A DNA stretch of 64,000 bases from Nitrospinota bacterium. Lineage in GTDB: Bacteria > UBA8248. A program made the position numbers and the translations under genes. The stretch's first letter is position 1, and the number at the start of each line of letters is the position of its first letter. The notes beneath the pieces are model-generated. The model was given only the letters and a program-made list of their open reading frames with translations, searched no databases and was not told the origin of the DNA. Shown in pieces: positions 46,468 to 58,276 of the stretch. The DNA is taken from the NCBI GenBank assembly GCA_030754595.1, contig JASLZZ010000056.1, positions 5,733 to 69,732 on the forward strand, in the 5' to 3' direction.

Positions 46468-46887
46468 ATGGACGCGCGGACGCTGGCCTACACGGGTATT
46501 TCAATCCTGGGCTTTGGAATCTGGGGCTTCATGATGAAACTGGGCCAGGAGCGCCTGGGAGCGATTCCCCATTTAACCGCCATGGGCGTCTTCGTCGCTC
46601 TCATTGTAATGCTCGGGCTCGCCAGCCGTACGCTTCCGGTCCCGGAATTAAGCTCCAACCTCTGGCTCCCGCTGGCCGCTGCCCTAGCCACCCTGGTGGC
46701 CATGCTGTTTCTCACCCTGGCGCTGGGCGCTTCGAGTGGAAACACCGCCGCCGTCATCGCCCTCTCGGCCGTCTATCCGGGTGTCACCGCTGTTCTGGCC
46801 GCACTGTTTTTGGGCGAGGCGTTCACCCTCGCCAAGGTGGGCGGCCTTCTCTGCGCCGCTGCCGCGGCTTTCCTCTTCGCTCGTTAA
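46468..46887 (+). CDS. Single-domain EamA family transporter
   Basis: Five TM; GIWGFMMK, LSAVYPGVT..FLGE; GGGAGG RBS. Confidence 0.88.
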   Translation: MDARTLAYTGISILGFGIWGFMMKLGQERLGAIPHLTAMGVFVALIVMLGLASRTLPVPELSSNLWLPLAAALATLVAMLFLTLALGASSGNTAAVIALSAVYPGVTAVLAALFLGEAFTLAKVGGLLCAAAAAFLFAR

Positions 46888-46899
46888 GGACCCGTTCAT

Positions 46900-49056
46900 A
46901 TGGCGGCGCAACGCGGCTACCGCATCGGCATCGACACGGGCGGAACCTTCACTGACGTGGTCTGCGTGCGGTCCGACACCGGCGAAGTCTTCACCACCAA
47001 AACCCCGACCACGCCCTCGGACTACAGCGAGGGGCTTCTCGAGGGCATCCGCAAGATCATGTCCGAGGTGAAAATCAGGCCCCGGCAGATCATCGGCGTC
47101 TATCACGGAACCACCGTGGCCACGAACGCCATCCTCGAGCGGCGGTTCGAAAACCTGGGCCTGATTCTCACCCGCGGCTTCCGCCACATGCTCGAGATTG
47201 GCCGCGTGTCCCAGTTCGCCGGCGGCCGCAACGGAGGTCATTTCGCCTCCGCCCTTTTGAACCGCCCGCCCGAGGCGCTCGTCCCCCCCGAGCGGGTGTG
47301 CGAGGTCGAGGAGCGCCTCTCGGCCTCGGGCGATGTCCTTCGCCCGCTCGATAGAGAAGAAGCCGCCGAGAAGGCCAGATGGTTCCGGGACCGGGGCATC
47401 GGCTCGGTGGGCATCTGCCTCCTCCACGCCTACACCAATCCGGTCCACGAAAAAATCCTGCTTGATGCCTTCTTCCGGGAATTTCCCGAATGCTTCGTGA
47501 GCATATCGAGCGAGGTGATCCCCGAACCGGGTGAATATGAACGCGCCGTGACCACCCTTCTCGACGCTTCCATCAAGCCGAGGATCATGGTTTATCTCGA
47601 AAAAAGCTCGGGGCGCATCGAGGAGTCCGTCGGCGAGGTCCCTTTCCTCGTCATGAAGAGCAACGGCGGGGTCTCCACCGCCCGCGAGGTGGCGAAAAAG
47701 CCGATCAGCACTGTCCTATCGGGGCCGGCGGCGGGCGCCCTCTCGGCCGCCTATCTGGGAAGCATCTCCGGCCACGAACGTCTCATTACCCTCGACGGAG
47801 GGGGGACATCGAGCGATATCGCCGTGATCGAGAGCGGCGAGGCCAAGCGCGGCACACGGCACCAGCTCGACGAGTTCACCCTCAGGCTCCCCATGATTGA
47901 TGTCGTCACCACGGGAACCGGGGGGGGGTCGATCGCCTGGCAGAGCCCGGAAGGAAGGCTCCGCGTCGGCCCCCGGAGCGCGGGCGCCGACCCCGGCCCC
48001 GTTTGCTACGGCCTTGGCGGCGAGGAGCCCACCCTGACGGACGCCAATCTCGTTCTGGCGCGCAGCCCGCTCCACCTGGCCGGCGGCGAGGTCAAGCTCA
48101 ACAAGGCCTACGCCATGCGCGCCATGCGCCAGCTCTCGCGCCCTTTCGGCCTCGACCCGTTCGAGATGGCTTCGGGCGTCGTCGAAATCGCCGCCTGGAA
48201 CCAGGCCCACGCCATTCGCCGCGCCACCGTTCAGCGGGGAATCTCTCCCCGAGAGTTCGCCCTGATGGCCTTCGGAGGCTCGGGACCCCTCACCGCCGGC
48301 CTCGTGGCCGATCTTTTGGGGATCGGAACCGTCATCGTCCCTCCCTTCGCGGGGATGACCAGCGCCTTCGGCCTCGAGGTGGTGGACCTGGTGAACGACC
48401 ACTCCGCCCCCCACTACCAAAGCGAGGAAAACCCGGACACCGAATCGCTGAGCGAGGCTTTCGGGCGGCTGGAGAGGCTGGCCGACGAAGGCCTCTCGCT
48501 CGAAGGGGTTCCCCCCCACCGGCGAATGCTCCGGCGGGCGGTGGACATCTGCTACCAGGGCGAGGCCCACGAACTCGAGATCGATTTCCCCTCGGGCTAC
48601 CTCTCTCCCCAGTCGCTGTCTACGGTGATGGAGCGGTTCCATCTTCTCTACCGCCAGAGTTTCACCCACAACTACAAGGGGAAGCGCCCGGCCAAGATTG
48701 TGCATCTGAGAGTCACGGGGGTCGGTCTGACCGAACCGCCCAACCTTCCCCTTCTTCCGGTGGGCGACGAGAGCCCCGAGGATGCATATAAAGGCGCGCG
48801 CCTTGTCTGGTTTCCCGAAACCGGCGGTTTCATCGATACGCCCGTCTACTACCGGGAACGGTTGAAGGAGGGCAATTACATTCCGGGCCCGGCCGTGGTG
48901 GAGAGTTTCGGCAGCACCGCCGTGATCTTTCCCAAACAGGAGGCGCGGGTGGACCGCTACGGAAACCTCGTGATGGGCTACCGCACCGAGATGGCCGAGC
49001 GCACCGAGCGGGCCGGACGCGCTACCGGACTGCACGGCGTGGGGACCCGGTACTGA
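46900..49056 (+). CDS. Hydantoinase/oxoprolinase A subunit (ATP-binding)
   Basis: IGIDTGGTFTD, HGTTVATNA, SGPAAG, DGGGTSSD, GGGSIA, GPRSAGADPGP, FGGSG. Confidence 0.93.
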   Translation: MAAQRGYRIGIDTGGTFTDVVCVRSDTGEVFTTKTPTTPSDYSEGLLEGIRKIMSEVKIRPRQIIGVYHGTTVATNAILERRFENLGLILTRGFRHMLEIGRVSQFAGGRNGGHFASALLNRPPEALVPPERVCEVEERLSASGDVLRPLDREEAAEKARWFRDRGIGSVGICLLHAYTNPVHEKILLDAFFREFPECFVSISSEVIPEPGEYERAVTTLLDASIKPRIMVYLEKSSGRIEESVGEVPFLVMKSNGGVSTAREVAKKPISTVLSGPAAGALSAAYLGSISGHERLITLDGGGTSSDIAVIESGEAKRGTRHQLDEFTLRLPMIDVVTTGTGGGSIAWQSPEGRLRVGPRSAGADPGPVCYGLGGEEPTLTDANLVLARSPLHLAGGEVKLNKAYAMRAMRQLSRPFGLDPFEMASGVVEIAAWNQAHAIRRATVQRGISPREFALMAFGGSGPLTAGLVADLLGIGTVIVPPFAGMTSAFGLEVVDLVNDHSAPHYQSEENPDTESLSEAFGRLERLADEGLSLEGVPPHRRMLRRAVDICYQGEAHELEIDFPSGYLSPQSLSTVMERFHLLYRQSFTHNYKGKRPAKIVHLRVTGVGLTEPPNLPLLPVGDESPEDAYKGARLVWFPETGGFIDTPVYYRERLKEGNYIPGPAVVESFGSTAVIFPKQEARVDRYGNLVMGYRTEMAERTERAGRATGLHGVGTRY

Positions 49057-50801
49057 TGAACGTCAATCCCGTTGTCAGCGAAATTGTCTCGGGCGCCCTC
49101 CGCTCCCTCGAGGAGGAGGTGGAGGACCTTCTTGCCCGGATATGGCGAAGCCCCGCCCTGAGGGACGCCAGGGACTTTTCCGTCTCGCTCTACGACCGGT
49201 TCGGGAGGGCTTTGACGGGCAGGAGCCTCGGCGCGGGGCCCGGCCCCATCCTCGCCTCCTTCGGAGCCGAGGAGATGAACCCGGGCGACATCTTCCTACA
49301 CAACGACCCCTACCTGCCCCCCGCCGGGCTGGGCGAGGTGGCCGAAATATGCTTGACGCGCCCTCTATATGACGAAAACCGCCTCATCGCCTTCCTCCAG
49401 GTGCGCGGGCGCCACGACGACCTGGGAGGCGTGCGGCCGGGAGGCGGAGCGGCCGGAGCCTCCGAGAGCTACCACGAGGGCCTTCTCATCCCGCCCGTCC
49501 GGATCGCCCTCGGCGGCGAGCGCGTACGGGACATCCAGGCGCTCCTCCTCCGGAACAGCCGCTTCCCCGATTTGCTCAGCGACGATATCGACGCCCAGGC
49601 CGGTGCGCTCCAGGTGGGCGCGCTCCGAATCCGGGAACTCCTCGAGCGCTACGGCTCCGAGCAACTGACGGCCTGTTTCGCCGACTTGCTGCGCGAGTGC
49701 GAGGTGGCATTTAAAGAAGAGCTTTTGCCGAAAATATCGGAGGAAAAGCTGGTGGTCGACGCCCGTGTGGAGACGGACGGCTTCGGCGGCCCGCACCCCT
49801 TGAGGGTGACAATCTTCCGGGAGGGCGATCGTCTGGTCATCGACCTCGAAGGGGCCGCCCCCCAGGCCAAGGGCCCGATCAATTGCCCGCTCGAGGGCGA
49901 GGGCGCGACCTCGCTGGCCCGGCTCATCTCTCCCCTGCTCCTCTATCTGGCCGATGATCAAACGCGGGCGGCGGGAATCCTTGTGAACGACGGGGCGTGC
50001 CGCGCCATCGAGGTCCGTCTGCCGGGTCCGGGTACGATACTGACCCCCCGGTTTCCCGCGCCCACGGGCCTTCGCGCACTGACGATGGGCCGCCTGCTAT
50101 CGGCCTTCGCCGAGGCGCTTTTTCTCTCGGCCAGGGGGAATATCCCGGCGGGATTCGACAACCTGCGCTCGTTTAGTCTCTGGGGCAGGAACGGCGATGA
50201 GTCCTCGTTTCTTTTCCGGGAGGCGATCGGCGCGGGAGGCGGGGCCGCTCCTCGTCTTGACGGAATTTCGGGAATCCCCCCCATCGGCGGAAGCGGCGGA
50301 ATGTCCGTCGAGGTCGTCGAGGCGCGCTACCCGATCCGAATCGAATCGGCGGGGTTGGTGCCGGACTCGGGCGGCGCCGGGGAGCGCCGGGGAGGTCTCG
50401 GAACTTTCAGGGAATACCGCCTGCTCGCCAGCGGCCACGCCTCGAGCGCGGCCGAATCGGGGGGCCCCGGGCCCTTCGGCGGAAACGGCGGCGCGCCCGG
50501 CGGCGCCTACCGGATCAGCGTGGCCGGAAATTCGGGGAAAACCCGGAAAATTCCCGCCGTCACGGCGGCCCATCCTTTCGAACCTGGCGATTTGGTCCGG
50601 GTGGAGACGCCGGGCGGCGGCGGTTGGGGGGACCCCAAAAAAAGGGTCCCCGAGGCCGTTCGCATGGACGCGGTGCGCGGGCTGATATCGAGAGAAGCGG
50701 CGAGAAAAATATACGCCGTCGCGCTGGGACACTCGCCCGAGTACCCCGTGAACGAGAACGAAACCGCGAATCTGCGGGACGAGCAGCCGAAAAAAGGCTG
50801 A
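49056..50801 (+). CDS. Hydantoinase B/oxoprolinase family subunit (altered metal site)
   Basis: RDFSVSLYD, HNDPY, DLGG, EGLLIPPV, DSGGAGERRGG, TPGGGGWGDP; start overlaps the A-subunit stop (TGATG). Confidence 0.9.
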   Translation: MNVNPVVSEIVSGALRSLEEEVEDLLARIWRSPALRDARDFSVSLYDRFGRALTGRSLGAGPGPILASFGAEEMNPGDIFLHNDPYLPPAGLGEVAEICLTRPLYDENRLIAFLQVRGRHDDLGGVRPGGGAAGASESYHEGLLIPPVRIALGGERVRDIQALLLRNSRFPDLLSDDIDAQAGALQVGALRIRELLERYGSEQLTACFADLLRECEVAFKEELLPKISEEKLVVDARVETDGFGGPHPLRVTIFREGDRLVIDLEGAAPQAKGPINCPLEGEGATSLARLISPLLLYLADDQTRAAGILVNDGACRAIEVRLPGPGTILTPRFPAPTGLRALTMGRLLSAFAEALFLSARGNIPAGFDNLRSFSLWGRNGDESSFLFREAIGAGGGAAPRLDGISGIPPIGGSGGMSVEVVEARYPIRIESAGLVPDSGGAGERRGGLGTFREYRLLASGHASSAAESGGPGPFGGNGGAPGGAYRISVAGNSGKTRKIPAVTAAHPFEPGDLVRVETPGGGGWGDPKKRVPEAVRMDAVRGLISREAARKIYAVALGHSPEYPVNENETANLRDEQPKKG

Positions 50802-50903
50802 CCGGAGCCCATTGCCGGCGCCGGCATTCCTCCATCTCTTGACGCCCCCGGGGAGAGATAGTATCCCCGTTCTCGAAGCGGACTAGCGCCGGGAGGCCTC
50901 GCG

Positions 50904-51539
50904 ATGAATTTCGGGAAATTATTGACAGCCCTCATCTCCCTTTTCATCATTGGGGGATGCGGCGCGGGGGCCGTGAGGGAGGTGCCGATCTCCCTTCGCT
51001 ATCTCCCGTCGAAGGAGGCCAAATTCGCCCCCCTGGCCGGCCTGAACACGGTGGGGCTCGGCCTGATCGAGGACGTCAGAAGAAAACGGCCCGCCGGCGC
51101 GGTGGGCGAGCGCGTCCGCTTCACCGCCGAAATCGATCGCTTTCATCCGGAAAAAGGGGTCTCCGGCGCGGTGGAGAAAATCATCCGCGGTTATTTCACC
51201 AAGCGAAGCGTACGCGTCCTCAAATCGGCCTGGAACGGCAACCCCGACAATATCTGGGGGAAAAAGGGGGATCTGGTCCTTTCGGTCCGCGTGTTGGCGC
51301 TCTGGTTCTCGGGCAGCGATTCCGTCGCTCTCGCCCGGGCCTCGAGCACCTTCCGAATCGAGTTGAAGGTGGGCTCACCCAGGACCGGGACGGTTATCAT
51401 CAAAACCATCCAGATCGATCCTTCGGCGAGAAGGAATATCTTCTGGGAGTCCCGGGACGTTGAATTATGGCTCAGCCGCTCCATCTCGGAGGCCTTCGAC
51501 CGAATCCTGCCCGGCCTCGGAAGGCGGCTGGTCGGATGA
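50904..51539 (+). CDS. Lipoprotein of unknown function
   Basis: Signal peptide with lipobox IGGC; GGAGG RBS. Confidence 0.75.
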   Translation: MNFGKLLTALISLFIIGGCGAGAVREVPISLRYLPSKEAKFAPLAGLNTVGLGLIEDVRRKRPAGAVGERVRFTAEIDRFHPEKGVSGAVEKIIRGYFTKRSVRVLKSAWNGNPDNIWGKKGDLVLSVRVLALWFSGSDSVALARASSTFRIELKVGSPRTGTVIIKTIQIDPSARRNIFWESRDVELWLSRSISEAFDRILPGLGRRLVG

Positions 51540-51680
51540 GGACCCACCCCCCTCCCTTAGGCGCGATGCGGCTTCCGAGAGGCGGGCGAAAGGATTGACG
51601 CTCAGGGCGGTTCCTGTAAAAATCGGGGATTATTGGCCCTTCTTAAACATATCCCACGCTTGTGCGCCGGCTTCCATTAA

Positions 51681-52736
<1,056 letters not shown>

Positions 52737-52767
52737 GGCCGCCGCCACAGGGGGAAACGGACCGAAA

Positions 52768-53991
52768 ATGGGAAACCTCACCAGCTCTATCGAGAACGGG
52801 ACGCCGAAACTCGACATCGAGGAAATCGATGTCGCGGGCAAGCGCGTATTCCTCAGGGTCGATTTCAACGTTCCCCTCGACGATCAATTCATAATCACCG
52901 ACGACACCCGGATCCGGGCGGTCCTGCCGACCATCAATTTTCTTCTCGACGAGGGGGCGCGCGTCATCGTCGGCTCCCACCTCGGTCGGCCCAAGGGCAA
53001 GAAAGTCGACAAATTCTCTCTTGCCCCGGCGGCGAAGCGGCTCAGCCGCCTCCTCGAGAAGGAGTGCCCCCTCGCGCCCGACTGCAAGGGAAGCGAGGTC
53101 GCGGCCATGGCCGATTCCATGCAGGGGGGGGAGATTCTCATTCTCGAGAACCTCCGCTTCCAAGAGGGCGAGGGAGCCAACTCGGATAAATTCGCCAAGG
53201 AGCTTGCCTCGCTGGCGGACATATACGTCAGCGACGCATTCGGAAACGCCCACCGCGAGCACGCCTCCATGTCGGCCATCACAAAATACCTCCAGCCCGC
53301 CGTCGCCGGCTTCCTGATGCTCAAGGAGGTGAATTATCTCTCCCGCGCCGTGAACAGCCCGATGCGGCCCGTAGTGGCGATTATCGGAGGCGCCAAGGCG
53401 AGCACCAAGATCGGCATCATCGAGCGCCTGCTCGGCAAGATGGACAAGATCATCATCGGCGGAGGGATGGCGGGGACCTTTCACGCCGCCCAGGGCTTCG
53501 AGATGGGACATAGTCTCGTCGAGGAGGACATGATCGACACGGCGGCCTCGATCATACAAAAAGCCAGGGAACTCGGCGTGAACTTCTACCTCCCCTGCGA
53601 CTACGTCGTCGCCGATAAATTCGAGGCCTCCGCCGAAACCAAGGTGGTCCCCGCCCAGGAGGTACCCAGGGAGTGGCACGCCCTCGACATCGGTCCGGCG
53701 AGCACCACCCTCTTCGCCGAGGCCCTTCAGGACGCGAAAACCATCATATGGAACGGCCCGATGGGCGTCTTCGAGGCGGACGCCTTCAGCCGGGGAACCT
53801 ATGCGATGGTCAACCACGTGGCCAACTCTTACGCCCTCACCATCGTGGGCGGGGGCGACACCGATGTGGCCGTGCATAAGGCCGGCGAATCGCGGAGAAT
53901 CTCTTACATCTCCACTGGCGGAGGCGCATTCCTCGAGTTGCTCGAAGGGAAGGAGCTCCCCGGCCTTACCTCGCTAACCGACCAGAAATAA
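52768..53991 (+). CDS. pgk: Phosphoglycerate kinase
   Basis: RVDFNVP, SHLGRP, LENLRF, WNGPMGVFE, ISTGGGA. Confidence 0.98.
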   Translation: MGNLTSSIENGTPKLDIEEIDVAGKRVFLRVDFNVPLDDQFIITDDTRIRAVLPTINFLLDEGARVIVGSHLGRPKGKKVDKFSLAPAAKRLSRLLEKECPLAPDCKGSEVAAMADSMQGGEILILENLRFQEGEGANSDKFAKELASLADIYVSDAFGNAHREHASMSAITKYLQPAVAGFLMLKEVNYLSRAVNSPMRPVVAIIGGAKASTKIGIIERLLGKMDKIIIGGGMAGTFHAAQGFEMGHSLVEEDMIDTAASIIQKARELGVNFYLPCDYVVADKFEASAETKVVPAQEVPREWHALDIGPASTTLFAEALQDAKTIIWNGPMGVFEADAFSRGTYAMVNHVANSYALTIVGGGDTDVAVHKAGESRRISYISTGGGAFLELLEGKELPGLTSLTDQK

Positions 53992-54028
53992 CGGACCGCT
54001 ATCCCCTGTTTACGAAACGGGAGCCTTG

Positions 54029-54811
<783 letters not shown>

Positions 54812-54855
54812 CCTTTGCGTATTTAAATAATAATCAAGGAGTTAATAGCGATAAC

Positions 54856-55206
54856 ATGAGCATATTTCTCACTGTCGTCCATATCCTCGCCGCCGTTTCT
54901 CTGATCCTTTTCGTACTCCTTCAGGCCGGAAAAGGCGGCGGCATCGGCGCCGCCTTCGGCGGGGGATCGAGCGACACCCTTTTCGGTTCGAGCGGCCCCG
55001 CCGGAATACTGGGGAAACTGACCACCGGCGCGGCTATCCTTTTCATGGCGACCTCGTTGCTGCTCTCCTTTTTCGGAGCGCGCAGCCAGACCGGCTCTCT
55101 CGTCCCGGACGCGCCCGTCCGTCCACTGACCCAAAGCAGCGCTCCCGCCAAACCGGGCGCCGCCGCCCCCCAGCAGAGCCCAGAGACCGGAAAACCAGGC
55201 TCCTGA
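54856..55206 (+). CDS. secG: Preprotein translocase subunit SecG
   Basis: VLLQAGKGGGIGAAFGGG, two TM; directly after tpiA. Confidence 0.95.
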   Translation: MSIFLTVVHILAAVSLILFVLLQAGKGGGIGAAFGGGSSDTLFGSSGPAGILGKLTTGAAILFMATSLLLSFFGARSQTGSLVPDAPVRPLTQSSAPAKPGAAAPQQSPETGKPGS

Positions 55207-55237
55207 CAGCCACATCTTCGCCTCACGGGGGCAATGG

Positions 55238-57313
55238 ATGACCATTAAACGGCTCCTCGTTTTTCTTCCCCTTCTCGTCACCGTGATTCTTCTCCAGTCC
55301 TACTTCTGGGTCCCCACCTTCAGCGACCAGGTGAAGGGAAGCGACCGGCGGCTCTCCCAGTACATCTCGGGCTCGATCGGCGACGCCCAGATTCTAAACC
55401 CCATCCTTCATGCGGATACCACGAGCGGCGCCATCGTGGACCAAGTTTTCGATGGCCTCATCGACCGGGACAAAAACCTCAGGTTCAGGGGTAGGCTGGC
55501 CACCTCATGGCGAATCTACGAGGAGACCTTTTTCGCCCCGCGGCCGGACGGGCCCACGGCCGAGGCGCTCCGGGACCTTATCCGGGCGGCGGTCTCGGCC
55601 AAAAGCGTCCCCTGGGCGAATGAGGTCACCGGGGTTGAAATCGCCGCCGCCGCCAGTGAGAAAGTCTCGATTTTCCTCCCCCCCGCCAAAAAGGGCCAGA
55701 AACCCCGGCGCGAGGCCGTGACCCTCGCCTACCCGGCGAGGGTGAAGGTGACGCTCAAGAGCGTGGATCAGGATTTCTTCAAGAAATTAATAATCCTGCT
55801 GGGGCAGGACGCCTTCGCGGACGACCCCGCGCCTTATCTCCCCGAGGGGCTGGACGAGCGCGTAAAAAAAGCCGCGCTCGGGCGGGTCAACCTCACCGAG
55901 CACAACCCGGTCATCATTTTTAAACTCCGGCAGGACGTCCGTTTCCATGACGGCCACGAGTTCGACTCGGGCGACGTGCGCTTCACCTACGAGTCAATCA
56001 TGAACCCGCGCAATCTTTCGCCCCGCGTCCCCGATTTCGAGCCCATTAAAACCGTAGAGACGCCCGCTCGCTTCACCGTGAAAGTCACCTACAAGCGGCT
56101 CTACTCACCCGCCTTCGGCACCTGGGGAATGCAAATACTTCCCGAGCACCTGCTCAACAAAAAGGCGCTTGAGGCCGAAGCCCGCAGCCTCGGCCGCGAC
56201 CTTAAGAAATTTACCATGCGCGACAGCGGCTTCAACCGGAGTCCGCTCGGCACCGGAGCGTTCAAATTCAAGGAGTGGCAGTCGGACGAGCTCATCCACC
56301 TCGTGCGCAACGACGACTACTGGGAGGGCCCTGCGAAATACAACGAATACATCATGCGGATCATTCCCGACCCTCTCACGCAGGAGATGGCCTTCTACGC
56401 GGGCACGGTGGACAGCTACGGCGCCGGTACGCATCAAGTCGAGCGTCTGAGAAATGACCCGCGCTTTCAGGTCTTCTCGGGTCTCTCGTTCGGCTTCACT
56501 TACATCGGCTACAATCTGCGCCGGGAACCCTTCAAGGACGTGCGCGTGCGCCGGGCGCTGAGCATGGCGGTGGACACCCGGAAAATCCATAAATTTGTTT
56601 TATACGGCGAGGCCGAGAACATCACCGGCCCCTTCGTAAAGCAGAGCGAGCACTACAACAAACTGGTCAAGCCTCTGCCCCACGACCCGAAAGGGGCCGA
56701 GCGCCTCCTGCACGAAGCCGGATGGAAAAAAGCGGGCGGGAAATTGGTCAAGGACGGCAAGCAACTCGCCTTCAAGCTCGTCACCAACAACGGCAACGAG
56801 TCCCGAAAAGCCATCTCCCAGGTGGTCCAGGACGCTTGGAAGCGCATCGGCGTCAAGGTAAGCCTCGACCGGGTCGAATGGGCCGTTTTTCTTCAAAAAT
56901 ACATCAACGCCCTCAACTTCGATGCGGTTATTCTCGGCTGGCGGTTGGGGCTCGATCCGGATTTGTATCAAATCTGGCACTCGAGCCAGACCAACCCACA
57001 CCAACTTAATTTCGTCGGCTACAAGAATTCAAAAGCGGACGACCTCATCATCAAAATCCGCCAGGAGTACGATCTGAAAAAACAGGTCGGCTTCGCCCAC
57101 CGGCTCCACGAGATCATCTACCGCGACCAGCCCTACACGTTTTTATACGTGGGCAAATGGACGGCCCTTCTCGACAAGAAAATCGTCGTCGCCGAGAAAG
57201 GCGCCGGCGGCAAGAGCAGCTACCGAAAAATACATCCCACCCCGACGGGAAACTACACCTACGATTTTCGCAAGTGGCTCAAACTCCCCGTCAACCCCCG
57301 GTTCGAGGGCTAA
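55238..57313 (+). CDS. Peptide/nickel ABC transporter substrate-binding protein (family 5)
   Basis: LNPIL, LRQDVRFHDG..DVRFT, PLGTGAFKF, RNDDYWEG, DVRVRRAL. Confidence 0.92.
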   Translation: MTIKRLLVFLPLLVTVILLQSYFWVPTFSDQVKGSDRRLSQYISGSIGDAQILNPILHADTTSGAIVDQVFDGLIDRDKNLRFRGRLATSWRIYEETFFAPRPDGPTAEALRDLIRAAVSAKSVPWANEVTGVEIAAAASEKVSIFLPPAKKGQKPRREAVTLAYPARVKVTLKSVDQDFFKKLIILLGQDAFADDPAPYLPEGLDERVKKAALGRVNLTEHNPVIIFKLRQDVRFHDGHEFDSGDVRFTYESIMNPRNLSPRVPDFEPIKTVETPARFTVKVTYKRLYSPAFGTWGMQILPEHLLNKKALEAEARSLGRDLKKFTMRDSGFNRSPLGTGAFKFKEWQSDELIHLVRNDDYWEGPAKYNEYIMRIIPDPLTQEMAFYAGTVDSYGAGTHQVERLRNDPRFQVFSGLSFGFTYIGYNLRREPFKDVRVRRALSMAVDTRKIHKFVLYGEAENITGPFVKQSEHYNKLVKPLPHDPKGAERLLHEAGWKKAGGKLVKDGKQLAFKLVTNNGNESRKAISQVVQDAWKRIGVKVSLDRVEWAVFLQKYINALNFDAVILGWRLGLDPDLYQIWHSSQTNPHQLNFVGYKNSKADDLIIKIRQEYDLKKQVGFAHRLHEIIYRDQPYTFLYVGKWTALLDKKIVVAEKGAGGKSSYRKIHPTPTGNYTYDFRKWLKLPVNPRFEG

Positions 57314-57316
57314 GCG

Positions 57317-58276
57317 ATGACCGCATATATCATCCGCACAGCCTTCTTCAAAATTATTACGCTCGTGATCATTTCGATCATCAGCTTCCTGATCATCCAC
57401 CTCGCGCCGGGCCAACCGAGCCAAATCGACCCGCTCAACCCGCGCTTCAGGAAAGAAGACATCGCCCGCTACCGCGCCGCCTTCGACCTCGACAAACCGC
57501 TGTGGAAGCAATATTACCTCTTCTATAAAAAACTCGGCTCGGGCGAGCTCAAGAGTTTCAAGGACAATCAACCCGTTCTGGGAAAAATATGGCGGCGGTT
57601 CATGAACAGCCTGCCCCTCTTCGTCGTCGGCACCATCCTCACCTGGTGCCTCTCGTTCCCGATGGGCATACCAGCGGCCTTGAACCGGGGAGGCATCTAC
57701 GATCGAACGACCACATTTCTCTCGTATTTCTTCATTTCCTTCCCCGGTTTTGTTCTGGCATATCTGCTCATTCTCGGAGTCGCCGGTATGTTCGAGGTGC
57801 CCGTGCTGGGCATGCGGACTTTCGGGCAGGAAACCGCGCCCACCCTCTACTGGCTCAACGACCGCGTTTGGCACCTGGTTCTGCCGAGCCTGCTGGGCGC
57901 AATCGGAGGCATTGCCTTTCTCTCGCGCTATGTGCGCGTGCAAATGATAGAAGTCATCGACTCGGATTTCGTGCGCACCGCCCACTCAAAGGGCCTTGAC
58001 GAGAACACCGTCTATTATGTTCATGCGCTCCGGAACGCGGCGCTCCCCTTCGTCACCATGTTCGGTCTTCTTATACCCGCCCTCATCGGCGGCTCGGTCA
58101 TTATCGAAAATATATTCGCCTGGCCTGGCATGGGCCGGATGGCCTTCGAGGCGATTCTCGCGCGCGATTACCCGATAGTCATCAGCCTGAATTTCTTCGC
58201 CGCCATTCTCGTACTGATCGGCACCTTCTTCTCCGACATCCTCCTCGTCATCGTCGATCCTAGGATTCGCCTATGA
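57317..58276 (+). CDS. Peptide ABC transporter permease (OppB/AppB type)
   Basis: HLAPG, HLVLPS, DFVRTAHSKGL, HALRNA, IFAWPGMG, DPRIR. Confidence 0.94.
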   Translation: MTAYIIRTAFFKIITLVIISIISFLIIHLAPGQPSQIDPLNPRFRKEDIARYRAAFDLDKPLWKQYYLFYKKLGSGELKSFKDNQPVLGKIWRRFMNSLPLFVVGTILTWCLSFPMGIPAALNRGGIYDRTTTFLSYFFISFPGFVLAYLLILGVAGMFEVPVLGMRTFGQETAPTLYWLNDRVWHLVLPSLLGAIGGIAFLSRYVRVQMIEVIDSDFVRTAHSKGLDENTVYYVHALRNAALPFVTMFGLLIPALIGGSVIIENIFAWPGMGRMAFEAILARDYPIVISLNFFAAILVLIGTFFSDILLVIVDPRIRL

